A stretch of DNA of 64,000 nt from a bacterium (GTDB lineage Bacteria > UBA8248): NCBI GenBank assembly GCA_965202625.1, contig CBDBBI010000010.1, positions 1,019,050 through 1,083,049 on the forward strand, given 5' to 3'. Shown in pieces: positions 1 to 10,291 of the stretch. Numbering within the stretch: position 1 is the first letter of the stretch; every line of letters begins with the position of its first letter. The notes below the pieces were generated by a model. It was not told the origin of the DNA and did no database searches. It worked only from the letters and a program-made list of their open reading frames with translations. A program made the position numbers and the translations under genes.

Positions 1-230
1 ACCTCAGCCACGTGATAACGCCCATCGCCGCACTTGAAAGAAAACCAACAGGGCTTGAAATCTCTAGCGTTCACGCTGGTCACTCAATGGATGAAGTGAT
101 CGAGAAGACCGGGTTTGGCTTGCAACGTCCAAGAATTGTTGCGCAAACCGCCCCGCCGAGTGCCGAGGAGCTGGAGGCTTTGGGTGAACTCGACCCGGAC
201 GGCGTGCGTTTTTCAGAGTTCCGCATATAA
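1..230 (+). CDS. 3'-terminal fragment of a gene running off the window start; possibly a CoA-transferase subunit B-like C-terminus
   Basis: ORF track 12..230 (the track allows TTG/GTG starts). The frame is open to the window edge and the C-terminus reads ...GELDPDGVRFSEFRI. Weak similarity only. Confidence 0.3.
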   Translation, partial: LSHVITPIAALERKPTGLEISSVHAGHSMDEVIEKTGFGLQRPRIVAQTAPPSAEELEALGELDPDGVRFSEFRI

Positions 231-318
231 GTTTCGTAAACTACGGAAAATGGGGAGTCGCTTCATTCCCCACCTCCCTCTGGGGGCCTTGCAGAGTGGC
301 GGATTCAGGAGGATTCAC

Positions 319-960
319 ATGGACAATGCATTGGTGCATCATCTGAGGAACTACTCGACCTGTCAGGCGGCGGACGCCTTCGACAAATTAAACATCAAAG
401 GCCATATGCCCGACATTGTCCTGCTCTCCCCAGACCCTGATTACAGAATGGCGGGAGAAGCGCATACCGTTCAGATGATTCCCGCCGGTGGCGGGAATCT
501 GTCCAAACGAGAGACCCACCACATCGACGCGGCACCTGAGGGGAGCATCGTCGTCATCAGCGTCCCCTTCGGGGTGACGACGGCCAACTGGGGCGGCATG
601 ATGAGCACGCGGGCGAAGGCGATGAGACTGGGCGGGGTCGTCCTTGACGGCCGGGCTAGGGACATCGAAGAACACCGCCGGATGGGATTCCCCGTGTTCT
701 CCAAGGGCATATCGGTTCATGGCAGCGGAGGATACACGGTCCCCAGCGGCGTGGGGCTCCCGATCAACTGCGGGGGCGTTGCGGTGAGGCAGAGGGACAT
801 CATCTTGGGAGACGTCAACGGCGTGGTCGTGGTTCCAAGGGAGAGGCTCAAGGAGATCATCGAGAAAATGGATGAATTGGCAAGAATTGAAGAAAAAATC
901 ATCCACGAGCTGGAAAGCGGCGCGCCCATCGGCGAAGCGTTCGAGAAGTATCGAGGCTAG
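319..960 (+). CDS. RraA family protein (RNase E regulator / 4-hydroxy-4-methyl-2-oxoglutarate aldolase-like)
   Basis: Trimmed from ORF 115..960 to the ATG at 319, which is preceded by AGGAGG. The protein shows RraA-like motifs (GGNLSKRE...ANWGGMMSTRAKAMRLGGVVLDGRARD...GDVNGVVVVP). Confidence 0.75.
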   Translation: MDNALVHHLRNYSTCQAADAFDKLNIKGHMPDIVLLSPDPDYRMAGEAHTVQMIPAGGGNLSKRETHHIDAAPEGSIVVISVPFGVTTANWGGMMSTRAKAMRLGGVVLDGRARDIEEHRRMGFPVFSKGISVHGSGGYTVPSGVGLPINCGGVAVRQRDIILGDVNGVVVVPRERLKEIIEKMDELARIEEKIIHELESGAPIGEAFEKYRG

Positions 961-1079
961 GACATGGGTTCAGACTTTCGCAGGACAAGGGCTTGACGAT
1001 ATGTCGGCTCCACTCCTCCTATGGCTGGCGCGCCCATCCAAAATGCGTCAAGAGTCAAGATAAACGCGAGGGGAACGAC

Positions 1080-3152
1080 TCAATTCCTCTCGAGCGCCCT
1101 TTTGATCGCCTGCGTCTCCGAGAGCGGCTCCTTGCAGATAAAATTCTCACATACATACACGGCGGCTCGTCCATTCACCATTGCTTTTCCACGAAGCAGG
1201 GGCACTGCGGCGTCCGCCTCTGCACCAGATAATTCTGACTTGAGGGCCAAAACCTTGTTCGGCGCGAAAGTGGAATCAACTGCTCTCAGAGCGGCGCGCG
1301 TGTCCTCGGAATCTCTCTCACCAACAATCGCCACCTCCATCGGGGTGTCGAGATGAAAGTCCAACGCGGCCAGCATCATGTGAAAGGCGGCCGGCGCGCG
1401 GGCGAGATACTCACCGAAGGCGCGCAAAACCCCCTCGCCGCGCACGGCGAACTCCGCCCGCCCCGAGAGCCTAGCCAATTTCAGCAAACCTAGCGCCGCC
1501 ATGGAATTTCCGCTCGGTATGGCACCATCCTGCGTCATCTTCCTCCTGACGATGAGTCGTTCATGATCGTGGGCGGTAAAGAAAAATGCGCCCTCCTCAT
1601 CATCCCCGTATCGCGCTATCATCTCCTCAGCCAAGTCCGAGGCCGCGCGGATCCACCTGGGCTGAAAGCTCGCCTCATATAAATCCACCAAGCCCACGAG
1701 CAGAAAAGCGTAATCATCTAGATAGGCGTTCAACTTACTCACTCCTTCCCGATGGCTCCTCAGCAGTCCCCGCCCATCGCGCATGTTGCCCAAAATAAAA
1801 TCCGCCGCCTCGGTCGCCGCTTCAAGGTAGGGGGAGTGTTCCAGAATCCTGCCCGCCAAGGCCATTGAGCCCACCATGAGTCCGTTCCAGCTCGTGAGAA
1901 TTTTATCATCAAGACCAGGCTTCACGCGCCGCTCTCGTTCGGCAAAGAGTCTTGTGCGTCCCCTTTGCAAGATAGCGAGAAGTTTATCTTCCTCCATTCC
2001 CTCTTTCTCGGCGAAAACGCGAGGTGGGTCTTGGATGAACAAAGGGGAGGTTTTTCCCTCAAAGTTCCCCTCCTCCGTCACGCCGTAAAATCGGCAGAAC
2101 ACGCTTCCCTCGCCCTCTCCAAGAATTTCCTCTATCTGTTCGGGACGCCATACGAAGTATTTCCCCTCCTCCCCCTCGCTGTCCGCATCCTGGGCGGAGT
2201 AAAACCCGCCCATCGGACTGGTCATCTCGCGCAAAACGTAATCCAGGGTATCGGCCGCCACAGAGCGATAAAACGTGCTTCCCGTCGCCTGATACGCTTC
2301 AAGATACACTCTAGGCAAAAGCGCGTTGTCATAAAGCATTTTTTCAAAATGGGGAATGAGCCAGTAGTTATCCACGCTGTATCGATGGAATCCACCACCA
2401 AGCTGATCGCACATCCCACCGAGGGCCATCCTTTGAAGCGTCGTCTCAACAATCTTCATCAATTCCTGAGATTCCGACTGCCTCCACCTTCTCAAAAGCA
2501 ACATCAACGCCATTGAGGGCGGAAATTTCGGGGCGCGTCCGAAGCCGCCCCAGGAAGCGTCGAATCGTTCCTTCAACTCCTTGACAGCCTGATCTATCCA
2601 CTCCGCCCTTAAGTCGCCCGTTACGGGCGCGACGTCTCCCATTTGACCCAAATTTGCCGTTATCTTCTCCGCGCTGTCCCGCAAATCCTCTTGTCGCGTT
2701 CGATAGACCTCGGCCAGCCTCAGGAGCACGTTTTTGAACCCGGGTCTCCCCCATTTGTCATCCGGCGGAAAATATGTCCCACAGAAGAAAGGACTCAAAT
2801 CCGGCAGCAAGAAAACGCTCATGGGCCAACCACCTTGGCCCGTCATCATCTGGACCGCCTCCATATATATCCCATCGATATCCGGCCGCTCCTCGCGGTC
2901 CACCTTGATGGAGACGAAATGGTCGTTCAAAATTTTGGCGATTTCCTCATTCTCGAAACTCTCATGCTCCATCACGTGACACCAATGGCAAGCCGAGTAG
3001 CCGACGGACAGAAAGATGGGCTTGTTCTCCTCTCTCGATTTGCGAAGCGCATCCTTCCCCCAAGGGTGCCAATTCACCGGGTTATACTGATGCTGCAAAA
3101 GGTAGGGACTTGTCTCCTGCGCGAGACGATTTTTTGGACGGGGCTGACTCAT
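1080..3152 (-). CDS. thioredoxin-domain protein of the YyaL/DUF255 family (N-acylglucosamine 2-epimerase-like C-terminal domain)
   Basis: The ORF is 691 aa from the internal Met MSQPRP. Motifs [17 protein letters not shown] and [18 protein letters not shown] are typical of DUF255. Confidence 0.85.
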   Translation of the reverse strand: MSQPRPKNRLAQETSPYLLQHQYNPVNWHPWGKDALRKSREENKPIFLSVGYSACHWCHVMEHESFENEEIAKILNDHFVSIKVDREERPDIDGIYMEAVQMMTGQGGWPMSVFLLPDLSPFFCGTYFPPDDKWGRPGFKNVLLRLAEVYRTRQEDLRDSAEKITANLGQMGDVAPVTGDLRAEWIDQAVKELKERFDASWGGFGRAPKFPPSMALMLLLRRWRQSESQELMKIVETTLQRMALGGMCDQLGGGFHRYSVDNYWLIPHFEKMLYDNALLPRVYLEAYQATGSTFYRSVAADTLDYVLREMTSPMGGFYSAQDADSEGEEGKYFVWRPEQIEEILGEGEGSVFCRFYGVTEEGNFEGKTSPLFIQDPPRVFAEKEGMEEDKLLAILQRGRTRLFAERERRVKPGLDDKILTSWNGLMVGSMALAGRILEHSPYLEAATEAADFILGNMRDGRGLLRSHREGVSKLNAYLDDYAFLLVGLVDLYEASFQPRWIRAASDLAEEMIARYGDDEEGAFFFTAHDHERLIVRRKMTQDGAIPSGNSMAALGLLKLARLSGRAEFAVRGEGVLRAFGEYLARAPAAFHMMLAALDFHLDTPMEVAIVGERDSEDTRAALRAVDSTFAPNKVLALKSELSGAEADAAVPLLRGKAMVNGRAAVYVCENFICKEPLSETQAIKRALERN

Positions 3153-3302
3153 GAATCCCTCATGCGAACAACCGAAAGAGCGGCAGCGGCAAAAAACGCC
3201 TAGTGACGGGGCGTGGAACAATGACGAGAAAACAATGCGGGCTAAGGAGCGAGTCGCGCGTGGGTCTCCACGCGCCCATATCCTCCAATGTGCTGTATGT
3301 CG

Positions 3303-3729
3303 TCACCCCAGTTCTCCACCCAAGTCGTGGACACTAGATGCAACCGAGGGCAATGCCTCGGGTTCTCCCCCGCGCAAAGTATCGCAGTAGGTGCCCTTCG
3401 AGCCTGCGCCCCAGAGGTTCCATGCGCGGATGAAATTCTCATCACGTCTCATCTTCATCCAATCAATCAACACGTCCTCGCTCGTCAAAAAATTCCGAGT
3501 TTTCCGGATGTCACACTTGCCGGCGAATCCCTCTCCTCCATAGACGTAGGGGATATCTCTCGACGAGAGGAAGAATCCCACCCGTTATTTGCCATATTGT
3601 GAATTCCTCCTACTGCAGGGGATACCGGCGCGCATCCACCACGCCCACAACGCTATGTTCGCCGAGAAAGTTCAAAAATTTCTCCGCATCATAGTTGTTG
3701 TGGCCTATCGTCCAGAGGGAATATTTCAA
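3303..3729 (-). pseudogene. DUF488-family gene disrupted by an in-frame TAG and a frameshift
   Basis: The N-terminal part (TTG start) reads LKYSLWTIGHNNYDAEKFLNFLGEHSVVGVVDARRYPLQ followed by TAG. The downstream part, in a different frame (ORF 3303..3581), reads ...DIPYVYGGEGFAGK.... The start overlaps the stop of the M20 gene (TTGA). Confidence 0.4.
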
Positions 3730-5066
3730 GCGATCCCCCTCATGAGAGCGACCGCGACCTCGCATCCTCGGTGAAAGAGCTCTACGTCGATGTTCTCATC
3801 GGGAGCATGGGCGTTTGAATCCGCATTGGCGAGGGGGAGCCAAACGGAAGGAACGCGCAATTCCCTCGTGAACATTTTGTCGGGAACGCTGCCGCCGAAG
3901 TTTGGATAGATGACGGGTTCGACACCATAACAACTGACAGCCTCGATCACCTTTTGAACGTAAGGATCGTCCGCCGGCGTCTTACTGGCGTCAAACGTCG
4001 CCATCTTGCGCGCCTCGATATCGTCAAAGCCCTCCGCCTTCAAGAATGAACGCAATTGATGGAAAATCTCATCAGGGGACTGATCTACCACCAGGCGAAA
4101 ATCTAACTTGGCGCGCGCAGTGCCCGGTATGACCGTCTTCATACCATTCCCAGAATAACCCCCCTGAAATCCGCAAACGTTCAAGTTTGGCTGCGTAAGA
4201 GACTTCGCGTAAAAAGCGGAGATATCTGGAATTCGCTCAACCCCGTCTCCGAGGACGGCGCGAAGTTCCGCCTCCGGGTCGGGGATTCCCGCTAGGGCGT
4301 CTCGATCCGCATCGCTAATCGGGAGCACAGCGTCGTAGAATCCAGGTACGCGCACCCTCCCCTCGCCGTCTCGCAGACATCGCACGGCGTCGATGAGGCG
4401 CCAGAATGGATTGAGAACCGGCCCGCCATACATCCCGGAGTGGAGGTCTTTTCCGGCCCCGCGCGCAACGAGTTCGACATAAAGCAATCCCCTGCAGCCC
4501 AAAGAGAGCGTCGGCCTACCAGATGGGTGCAAGGAACCATCCGATGAGCAGGCGATATCTGCTTTTAGCAGCTCTTTGTTCGATTGGATAAATTTTCGCA
4601 AGTTAGGAGACCCCACCTCCTCCTCGCCTTCTATCAGAAACTTAAGGTTGATAGGCACCTCGGCACTCGTTCGGTGATAGGCTTCCGCCGCCTTGATCTG
4701 GGCGAAGTGCTGGCCTCTATTGTCTCCCGCTCCACGAGCGTACAAACGGCCATCGCGCACCTGAGGATCAAATGGTTCAGAACTCCAGCCCTCCGCTATA
4801 TTGGCCGGCTGAACGTCGTAGTGGCCATAAATCAGCATCGTGGGGGCATCTGAATGTCCCTTCATCTCTCCATACACGAGGGGAATTCCCTCGGTCGGGA
4901 GAATTTGCGCTTTGATACCCGCATCGCTCATCAACGCCGCCAAATGATCCGCCGCCTCTTGAACGCCTACTCCCAAAGTGCTGATGGCGGGTTTTTTAAG
5001 GTATTCGACGAGCTCCGCCAGGTTTTGCTCCCTTCTTGCTCGCAGAAAGTCAATCACCGCCGACAT
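3726..5066 (-). CDS. M20-family metallopeptidase (dipeptidase/ArgE/DapE-like)
   Basis: Trimmed to the Met at MSAVIDFL. Motifs HYDVQP, GAGDNRG and EGEEEVGS are M20 metal-binding signatures. Confidence 0.8.
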   Translation of the reverse strand: MSAVIDFLRARREQNLAELVEYLKKPAISTLGVGVQEAADHLAALMSDAGIKAQILPTEGIPLVYGEMKGHSDAPTMLIYGHYDVQPANIAEGWSSEPFDPQVRDGRLYARGAGDNRGQHFAQIKAAEAYHRTSAEVPINLKFLIEGEEEVGSPNLRKFIQSNKELLKADIACSSDGSLHPSGRPTLSLGCRGLLYVELVARGAGKDLHSGMYGGPVLNPFWRLIDAVRCLRDGEGRVRVPGFYDAVLPISDADRDALAGIPDPEAELRAVLGDGVERIPDISAFYAKSLTQPNLNVCGFQGGYSGNGMKTVIPGTARAKLDFRLVVDQSPDEIFHQLRSFLKAEGFDDIEARKMATFDASKTPADDPYVQKVIEAVSCYGVEPVIYPNFGGSVPDKMFTRELRVPSVWLPLANADSNAHAPDENIDVELFHRGCEVAVALMRGIA

Positions 5067-5191
5067 TGCGCTCTCCTTCACTAAAGACACAACGCTCCGA
5101 GATGTTGCCAAAATAGTTGAGCCAGATTATTCTTATCCTCTGCTTGAGTCGCTTAGATTTTTCCCTGCCGCCGTGTAAGCAGTGAACTCGC

Positions 5192-6151
5192 ATGATTCGA
5201 AAACTTTGTAGCATAACCCGTCCCATTTTCAAGGTCATCCGTGCAAGACGACTCATCCTCTTCGTCCTCCCCATGCTCATGGTGACGAGCTGTACCCGAC
5301 CTCGCACCCTGGGCCTCGCTTCCGCCCCTACTGGAAGGTACCATTATAAGGAAATTCATGTTGACCTCCCCTCCAGCGTTGAAAACGCATCAATAGCGGG
5401 GTATCTAGCGCGCCCTTCTGGAAACGGGAGACATCCTTGTGTCATATTGCTGCATGGGAAAGGCGGCTGGTGGCAAGCATACTCCCGCTACGCCCGGAAG
5501 CTTGCAAGCCACGGATTTTCCGCTTTGATCATCAACTATTACTCGGTGCACCAAGTCGACCTTGAGGGACTGATGACGCCTTTTGCCCAGCGAAAGCGGA
5601 ATTTCGAGCGCCAAAACGAAGACATCAACCGATCCGTGTCCGCCTTTGCGAGAAGCCCACATTGTGCAAAAGACGAAGTCGCCCTCATCGGATTCTCGCT
5701 CGGTGCGGACAAGGCTTTCAGGACGGCCGCGTCGCTTCCAGTAGTGAAAGCCGTGGTAGCCTACTATGGCCCCTATGATTATGTTTCGCTCATCAAAAGC
5801 CGCATCAACCCCGCGGTTCTCGCCCTTGCGACCGGGGATTTACTCCGGTGGAAAAAATATTTGGAATTCCACAGCCCAACGAACAAAATAAGGAATACGA
5901 AAGCTTCCGCTTTGATGTTTCATGGCGTGGCGGATGGGGTGATTCCTGTGCAGCAGTCATTCACGATGGTCAAAAGATTGCTATCACGGTCATCCGGCTC
6001 CACCGAGCTGAAACTCTATGAAGGCACCGGCCACAATTTTGTTCTCAGAAGAAACACGCGCCTAGAAAAAGAGGATTCTATTCGGCGTGCACTGCTTTTT
6101 CTCAAAAACCACCTGTCCCAGCCCCAAGTCCGGGAGCCGTCTAAAACGTGA
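5192..6151 (+). CDS. alpha/beta hydrolase (dienelactone hydrolase-like), probable lipoprotein
   Basis: A signal peptide with a lipobox-like LMVTSC is present. Motifs HPCVILLHGKGGW, the nucleophile elbow GFSLGA and a C-terminal GTGHNF are also present. Confidence 0.7.
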   Translation: MIRKLCSITRPIFKVIRARRLILFVLPMLMVTSCTRPRTLGLASAPTGRYHYKEIHVDLPSSVENASIAGYLARPSGNGRHPCVILLHGKGGWWQAYSRYARKLASHGFSALIINYYSVHQVDLEGLMTPFAQRKRNFERQNEDINRSVSAFARSPHCAKDEVALIGFSLGADKAFRTAASLPVVKAVVAYYGPYDYVSLIKSRINPAVLALATGDLLRWKKYLEFHSPTNKIRNTKASALMFHGVADGVIPVQQSFTMVKRLLSRSSGSTELKLYEGTGHNFVLRRNTRLEKEDSIRRALLFLKNHLSQPQVREPSKT

Positions 6152-6224
6152 GGCGTAGACAAAAAACAAGCCCAAGACCTATCCTCTGAAAGCCAAAGCG
6201 AAAAACGAGGCGATTAATATACTG

Positions 6225-8450
6225 ATGGATACGACACCGGACGGCAGACACGGCAAGAGCGAATCCTGGATTCGAGAATGGGTGGGCTGGAGCAAACTCA
6301 ACCCCGCCGGAAACGTAGAGGCGGGTGCGTGGGGAACGTGGACGATCACCTACCACGTGGGCAGATATGGGGTGGATGACGGCGGAACCATCGTTCTCTC
6401 ACGCCGCTTCGCCAGCGATTGGGCCAAACCACAAACCACCACGCCAGGCGAGGCACACTATACGAGCGCGACCACGAGCGGAGGCGCCACTCTCAGAATA
6501 AGATGGGACCCTAAATCGAACGTCAGGCCCTGGCAACAGGGCTTGGCTATTGACGTATTTGACAGCTATCTGGCGGAAGGCGATACGGTGACCATCGTTC
6601 TGGGGGATAGAGCCGGCGGCGGCCGGGGAACCCGCGCTCAAACTTTTTGCGAAAACAATTTTCGTTTTCGGCTCTTTGTCGACTGCTTCGGCTCAAATCG
6701 CTTCATCGAAGCGGCCTATACGCCCACCTTCGCCATCCTCCCTGGCAAACCCGCTCGTCTCGCCATCCATGGCGCAACCGAACAAGCTCCCGACGAGAAC
6801 TCTTGGATGCAGGTGAAACTTGAGGACCTATGGGGAAATCCCTGCCACGACGTCGATGCGAAAGTATCCCTCGTCGCCGAAGAAGGCGTCTGTCGAGGGT
6901 TGCCCGAGTCTGTTCAATTCAAGCGCGGCCAGCCCGCGGTGGTTCGCCTGGAGAATTTACGCTGGAAATCCTCAGCGTGGGGACGCATACGCGGCAACGC
7001 GAACTTCGACATTCCTCCTGCGCACAGCCACTACGTTCGCGCGATGGCAAAAACGCACCGGTGGAAGCAATTCTGGGGCGACCTCCACGGCCAAAGCGAG
7101 GAGACGGTAGGCACGAACACGGTAGATGATTACTTCGCGTTCGCCCGCAACATGGCTGGAGCGCAATTCTCCTCTCATCAAGGAAACGATTTTCAGGTGA
7201 CGAGGCAAACCTGGGACGCGGTTCGAACGGCCACGAAAAAATATAATTCGCCGGGTCGCTTCGTCACATTTCTAGGGGTCGAATGGTCGGCTGTGACGGG
7301 CATGGGCGGGGACAGGAATATTCTGTATCTTGGCAATGACGGACCCTTGCGCCGAACAAGCCACTGGCAAATAGACGACTGGGACGACCAGAAAAATGAC
7401 CGATACCCCCTCGACAGGCTCTACGACGCTATGCAGGAACGCAGGGACGTCACGCTCATCCCTCATATCGGGGGCCGACGAGCGAGTCTGGACTACCACC
7501 ACGCGGAGCTTGAGCGCGTCATGGAGATATATTCCTCTTGGGGGCGATTCGAGTGGTTCGTGGAAGAGGCGCTGGAAAAGGGTTGGCGCGTGGGCATCAC
7601 AGCGGGCAGCGACGGACACAAGGGACGGCCGGGAGCCAGCTACCCGGGCGCAGCTATTTTTGGAGTCTACGGCGGCTACACTTGCATCTACGCAGAAAAA
7701 CTCACGCGAGAGAGCTTGTGGGAGGCGATTCAGTCAAGGCGCGTCTACGGGACGACGGGAAAGAAAATTCATCTTTCCTTCTCGACAGAGGATCATTTTA
7801 TGGGAGAAGAATTCGAATCCCCCAAGCCCCCTGTATTCAAGGTGCGGGCCATGGGCGAATGCGGCATAGAATTGATAGAGCTGAAGCGGGCCTCCAAGAC
7901 CATCTCCTCTTATCGTCCGAAAGATGGCGCCGCCCGAAATTCAGACTGGTTTCGCGTTTCCTGGAGCGGCGCGCGCATCCATCAGCGCAACCGCCAGACC
8001 CACTGGCATGGCGGGCTAAGGGTGGACAAAGGGAGAATCGATGCGCCGAGAAACTGGCAGATGGACAATTTGGAAGAAGGCATACAATCTGCCGACGAGC
8101 GGAGCATCCGGTGGCTGAGCCGTACAACCGGCGATGCGGACGGCGTCGAATTTCACCTCTCAGACGAGGCGGGCGCGAGGCTCTTTTTCGAGACCGCCGT
8201 CGTTTCTTTTGAAGTGAAATTTGACGTGATCGGCACCGTTCCCTACGTCGTGGACGCAGGCGGCGTTCGCCAGAAAGTGGAAGTCCAGCGCATCAGCCCA
8301 GTTCAGGGCTACCCTGAGGCGAAAATCACTTTTAACGTCGATGAAAGCGATTTTCACGATGGCTGGAACCCCTATTTTATCCGCCTTATGCAAGAGGACG
8401 GGGCGTTGGCCTGGAGCAGCCCGATTTTCGTGAAAAGAGGGAAAAAATGA
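6225..8450 (+). CDS. large conserved hypothetical protein, DUF3604-like with PHP-type metal-binding motifs
   Basis: The ORF is 741 aa. Motifs FWGDLHGQSE and ITAGSDGHKG resemble PHP-domain His/Asp clusters. Its stop overlaps the next gene's start (ATGA). Confidence 0.45.
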   Translation: MDTTPDGRHGKSESWIREWVGWSKLNPAGNVEAGAWGTWTITYHVGRYGVDDGGTIVLSRRFASDWAKPQTTTPGEAHYTSATTSGGATLRIRWDPKSNVRPWQQGLAIDVFDSYLAEGDTVTIVLGDRAGGGRGTRAQTFCENNFRFRLFVDCFGSNRFIEAAYTPTFAILPGKPARLAIHGATEQAPDENSWMQVKLEDLWGNPCHDVDAKVSLVAEEGVCRGLPESVQFKRGQPAVVRLENLRWKSSAWGRIRGNANFDIPPAHSHYVRAMAKTHRWKQFWGDLHGQSEETVGTNTVDDYFAFARNMAGAQFSSHQGNDFQVTRQTWDAVRTATKKYNSPGRFVTFLGVEWSAVTGMGGDRNILYLGNDGPLRRTSHWQIDDWDDQKNDRYPLDRLYDAMQERRDVTLIPHIGGRRASLDYHHAELERVMEIYSSWGRFEWFVEEALEKGWRVGITAGSDGHKGRPGASYPGAAIFGVYGGYTCIYAEKLTRESLWEAIQSRRVYGTTGKKIHLSFSTEDHFMGEEFESPKPPVFKVRAMGECGIELIELKRASKTISSYRPKDGAARNSDWFRVSWSGARIHQRNRQTHWHGGLRVDKGRIDAPRNWQMDNLEEGIQSADERSIRWLSRTTGDADGVEFHLSDEAGARLFFETAVVSFEVKFDVIGTVPYVVDAGGVRQKVEVQRISPVQGYPEAKITFNVDESDFHDGWNPYFIRLMQEDGALAWSSPIFVKRGKK

Positions 8451-9172
8451 CGGCGCACGAACTTCCCGCCTTGGATGAGGATTGGCGTCGTGCGCTCGCA
8501 ATCGTGGCGCATCCGGACGACATGGAGTTTGGCGCGTCGAGTGCGGTCGCTAGATGGACGGCGCAAGGCAAGGATGTTTCCTATGTCCTCATGACGAGTG
8601 GCGAGGCGGGCATCAATGGCATGTCGCCAGAGGAGGCGGGGCCCGCCAGAGAGGAGGAAGAATACAAAAGCGCCGCCATAGTCGGCGTCGAAAGTGTAGA
8701 GTTCCTAGGCTATACAGATGGGGTGATAGAGTACAATCTGGACCTAAGGCGCGACCTCGCTCGAAAGATTAGAACCTATCAACCAGACATCCTAATCACC
8801 CTGTCCCATCATCTCACCTGGCCGGGCGGCCCCTTGAACATGGCGGATCATCGCTGGCTCGCTTATGGCGTGATGGACGCGGGCCGTGACGCAGGCAACC
8901 GCTGGATTTTTCCGGAACTCTTGGACGAGGGGTTGGAGCCTTGGACGGGCGTTCGCGCGGTTTTGCTCAGCGGCTCGCCAAAACCCACACACGCGGTGGA
9001 CGTCACCGATCACTTGGAGAGAGGAATATCATCCCTCCAAGCCCACAAACTCTATCTCGACAACCTCGATGGAGGGTTTGACGCTGTAGGCTTCCTCACC
9101 CAGGCGGCGGTCGAAACAGGCAAACGCGCTGGCTTTCACTACGCGGCGTCATTTGAGACAATTTCTATATGA
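8447..9172 (+). CDS. PIG-L/LmbE-family N-acetylglucosaminyl deacetylase
   Basis: The AHPDDMEFG motif is the AHPDDE zinc-binding signature. Length is 241 aa. The gene is translationally coupled to the upstream gene. Confidence 0.8.
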   Translation: MTAHELPALDEDWRRALAIVAHPDDMEFGASSAVARWTAQGKDVSYVLMTSGEAGINGMSPEEAGPAREEEEYKSAAIVGVESVEFLGYTDGVIEYNLDLRRDLARKIRTYQPDILITLSHHLTWPGGPLNMADHRWLAYGVMDAGRDAGNRWIFPELLDEGLEPWTGVRAVLLSGSPKPTHAVDVTDHLERGISSLQAHKLYLDNLDGGFDAVGFLTQAAVETGKRAGFHYAASFETISI

Positions 9173-9291
9173 GTTTCAAAAAATTGGATCGAGGACTATA
9201 TCTTCTAAGCTGAATTGAGTAGTATGGCGATTACGTTTGACGCTCCTTATCCTGTTGTTTGTTATCATCTTTGACTTTTACGAGGAAATGG

Positions 9292-10236
9292 ATGCTCGGC
9301 GAAGCGACCAAAAAAGAATTAAGCGAAAAACATTACAACGCTACCCTTGCGAACATCGTGTGGCAGCATGAAACGTTGGCGTGTTTTCGGGTAAAACCCG
9401 ACTTTGATTTTCCCCAATACAAATCAGGTCAATATACGACGCTGGGCCTTGGCAACTGGGAGCCTCGCCACAAGGACGCCGTCAAGGAAGGAGAACTTGA
9501 TGAGAAAAAAATAAGGCGATTGGGCAGGCGCGCCTATTCCGTGTCCCATCCTGTGCTCAACGAGGCGGGCGAACTCTACCCAGCCGAGCATTTGGACTTC
9601 TTAGAATTCTACATCGTCATGGTGACTGGCGTGGAAAGCGAACCCGCCCCTCTTCTCACCCCAAGGCTCTTTCTCTTAAAAGCCGGCGATCGCATTCATA
9701 TGGGTCAAAAATTCACGGGCGAATATACGCTCGACTGCATGAGCAACATTCGGGACAACGAGGACTCTTTCGTCATCTTCGCCGCCACAGGAACTGGAGA
9801 GGGCCCGCACAACCACATGATTTGGGAGCTTCTTCGCACCGGCTACAAAGGCCAGATCGCCAGCATCAACGTCGCGCGATACAAGAAAGACCTCGCATAT
9901 GAGCCCCTCTACCGGAAGCTCGAGAAGAAATACCCAACCCTCTCGTACCACACGCTCACCACGCGCGAAACGGATACCATCCACAACAAGGTATATGTGC
10001 AGGATTATCTGGCCTCGGGCGCATTCGAGGAGAACATGAGTCGCAAGATGGATACAAAAAACACGCATCTGTTCTTATGCGGCAACCCCGCGATGATCGG
10101 CATCCCCAAAGTTCATGAAGGCAACAAGATATGGCCCGAAGGGGCGCCGGGCGTCATCCAAATCATGGAAGATCGCGGCTTCACGATGGACTACGGCCGG
10201 ACGAAGGGCAACATTCACTACGAAAAATACTGGTAA
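9292..10236 (+). CDS. fpr: ferredoxin--NADP+ reductase (plant-type FNR family)
   Basis: Trimmed to the ATG at 9292, which is preceded by GAGGAAA. Motifs RAYSVSH, GTGEGP, LCGNPAMI and a terminal EKYW are present. Confidence 0.85.
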   Translation: MLGEATKKELSEKHYNATLANIVWQHETLACFRVKPDFDFPQYKSGQYTTLGLGNWEPRHKDAVKEGELDEKKIRRLGRRAYSVSHPVLNEAGELYPAEHLDFLEFYIVMVTGVESEPAPLLTPRLFLLKAGDRIHMGQKFTGEYTLDCMSNIRDNEDSFVIFAATGTGEGPHNHMIWELLRTGYKGQIASINVARYKKDLAYEPLYRKLEKKYPTLSYHTLTTRETDTIHNKVYVQDYLASGAFEENMSRKMDTKNTHLFLCGNPAMIGIPKVHEGNKIWPEGAPGVIQIMEDRGFTMDYGRTKGNIHYEKYW

Positions 10237-10291
10237 GACCACAAGTTTAGGCGTCACCTCAGCTCAAACAGACAAAATTCGCAGGAGAGCC

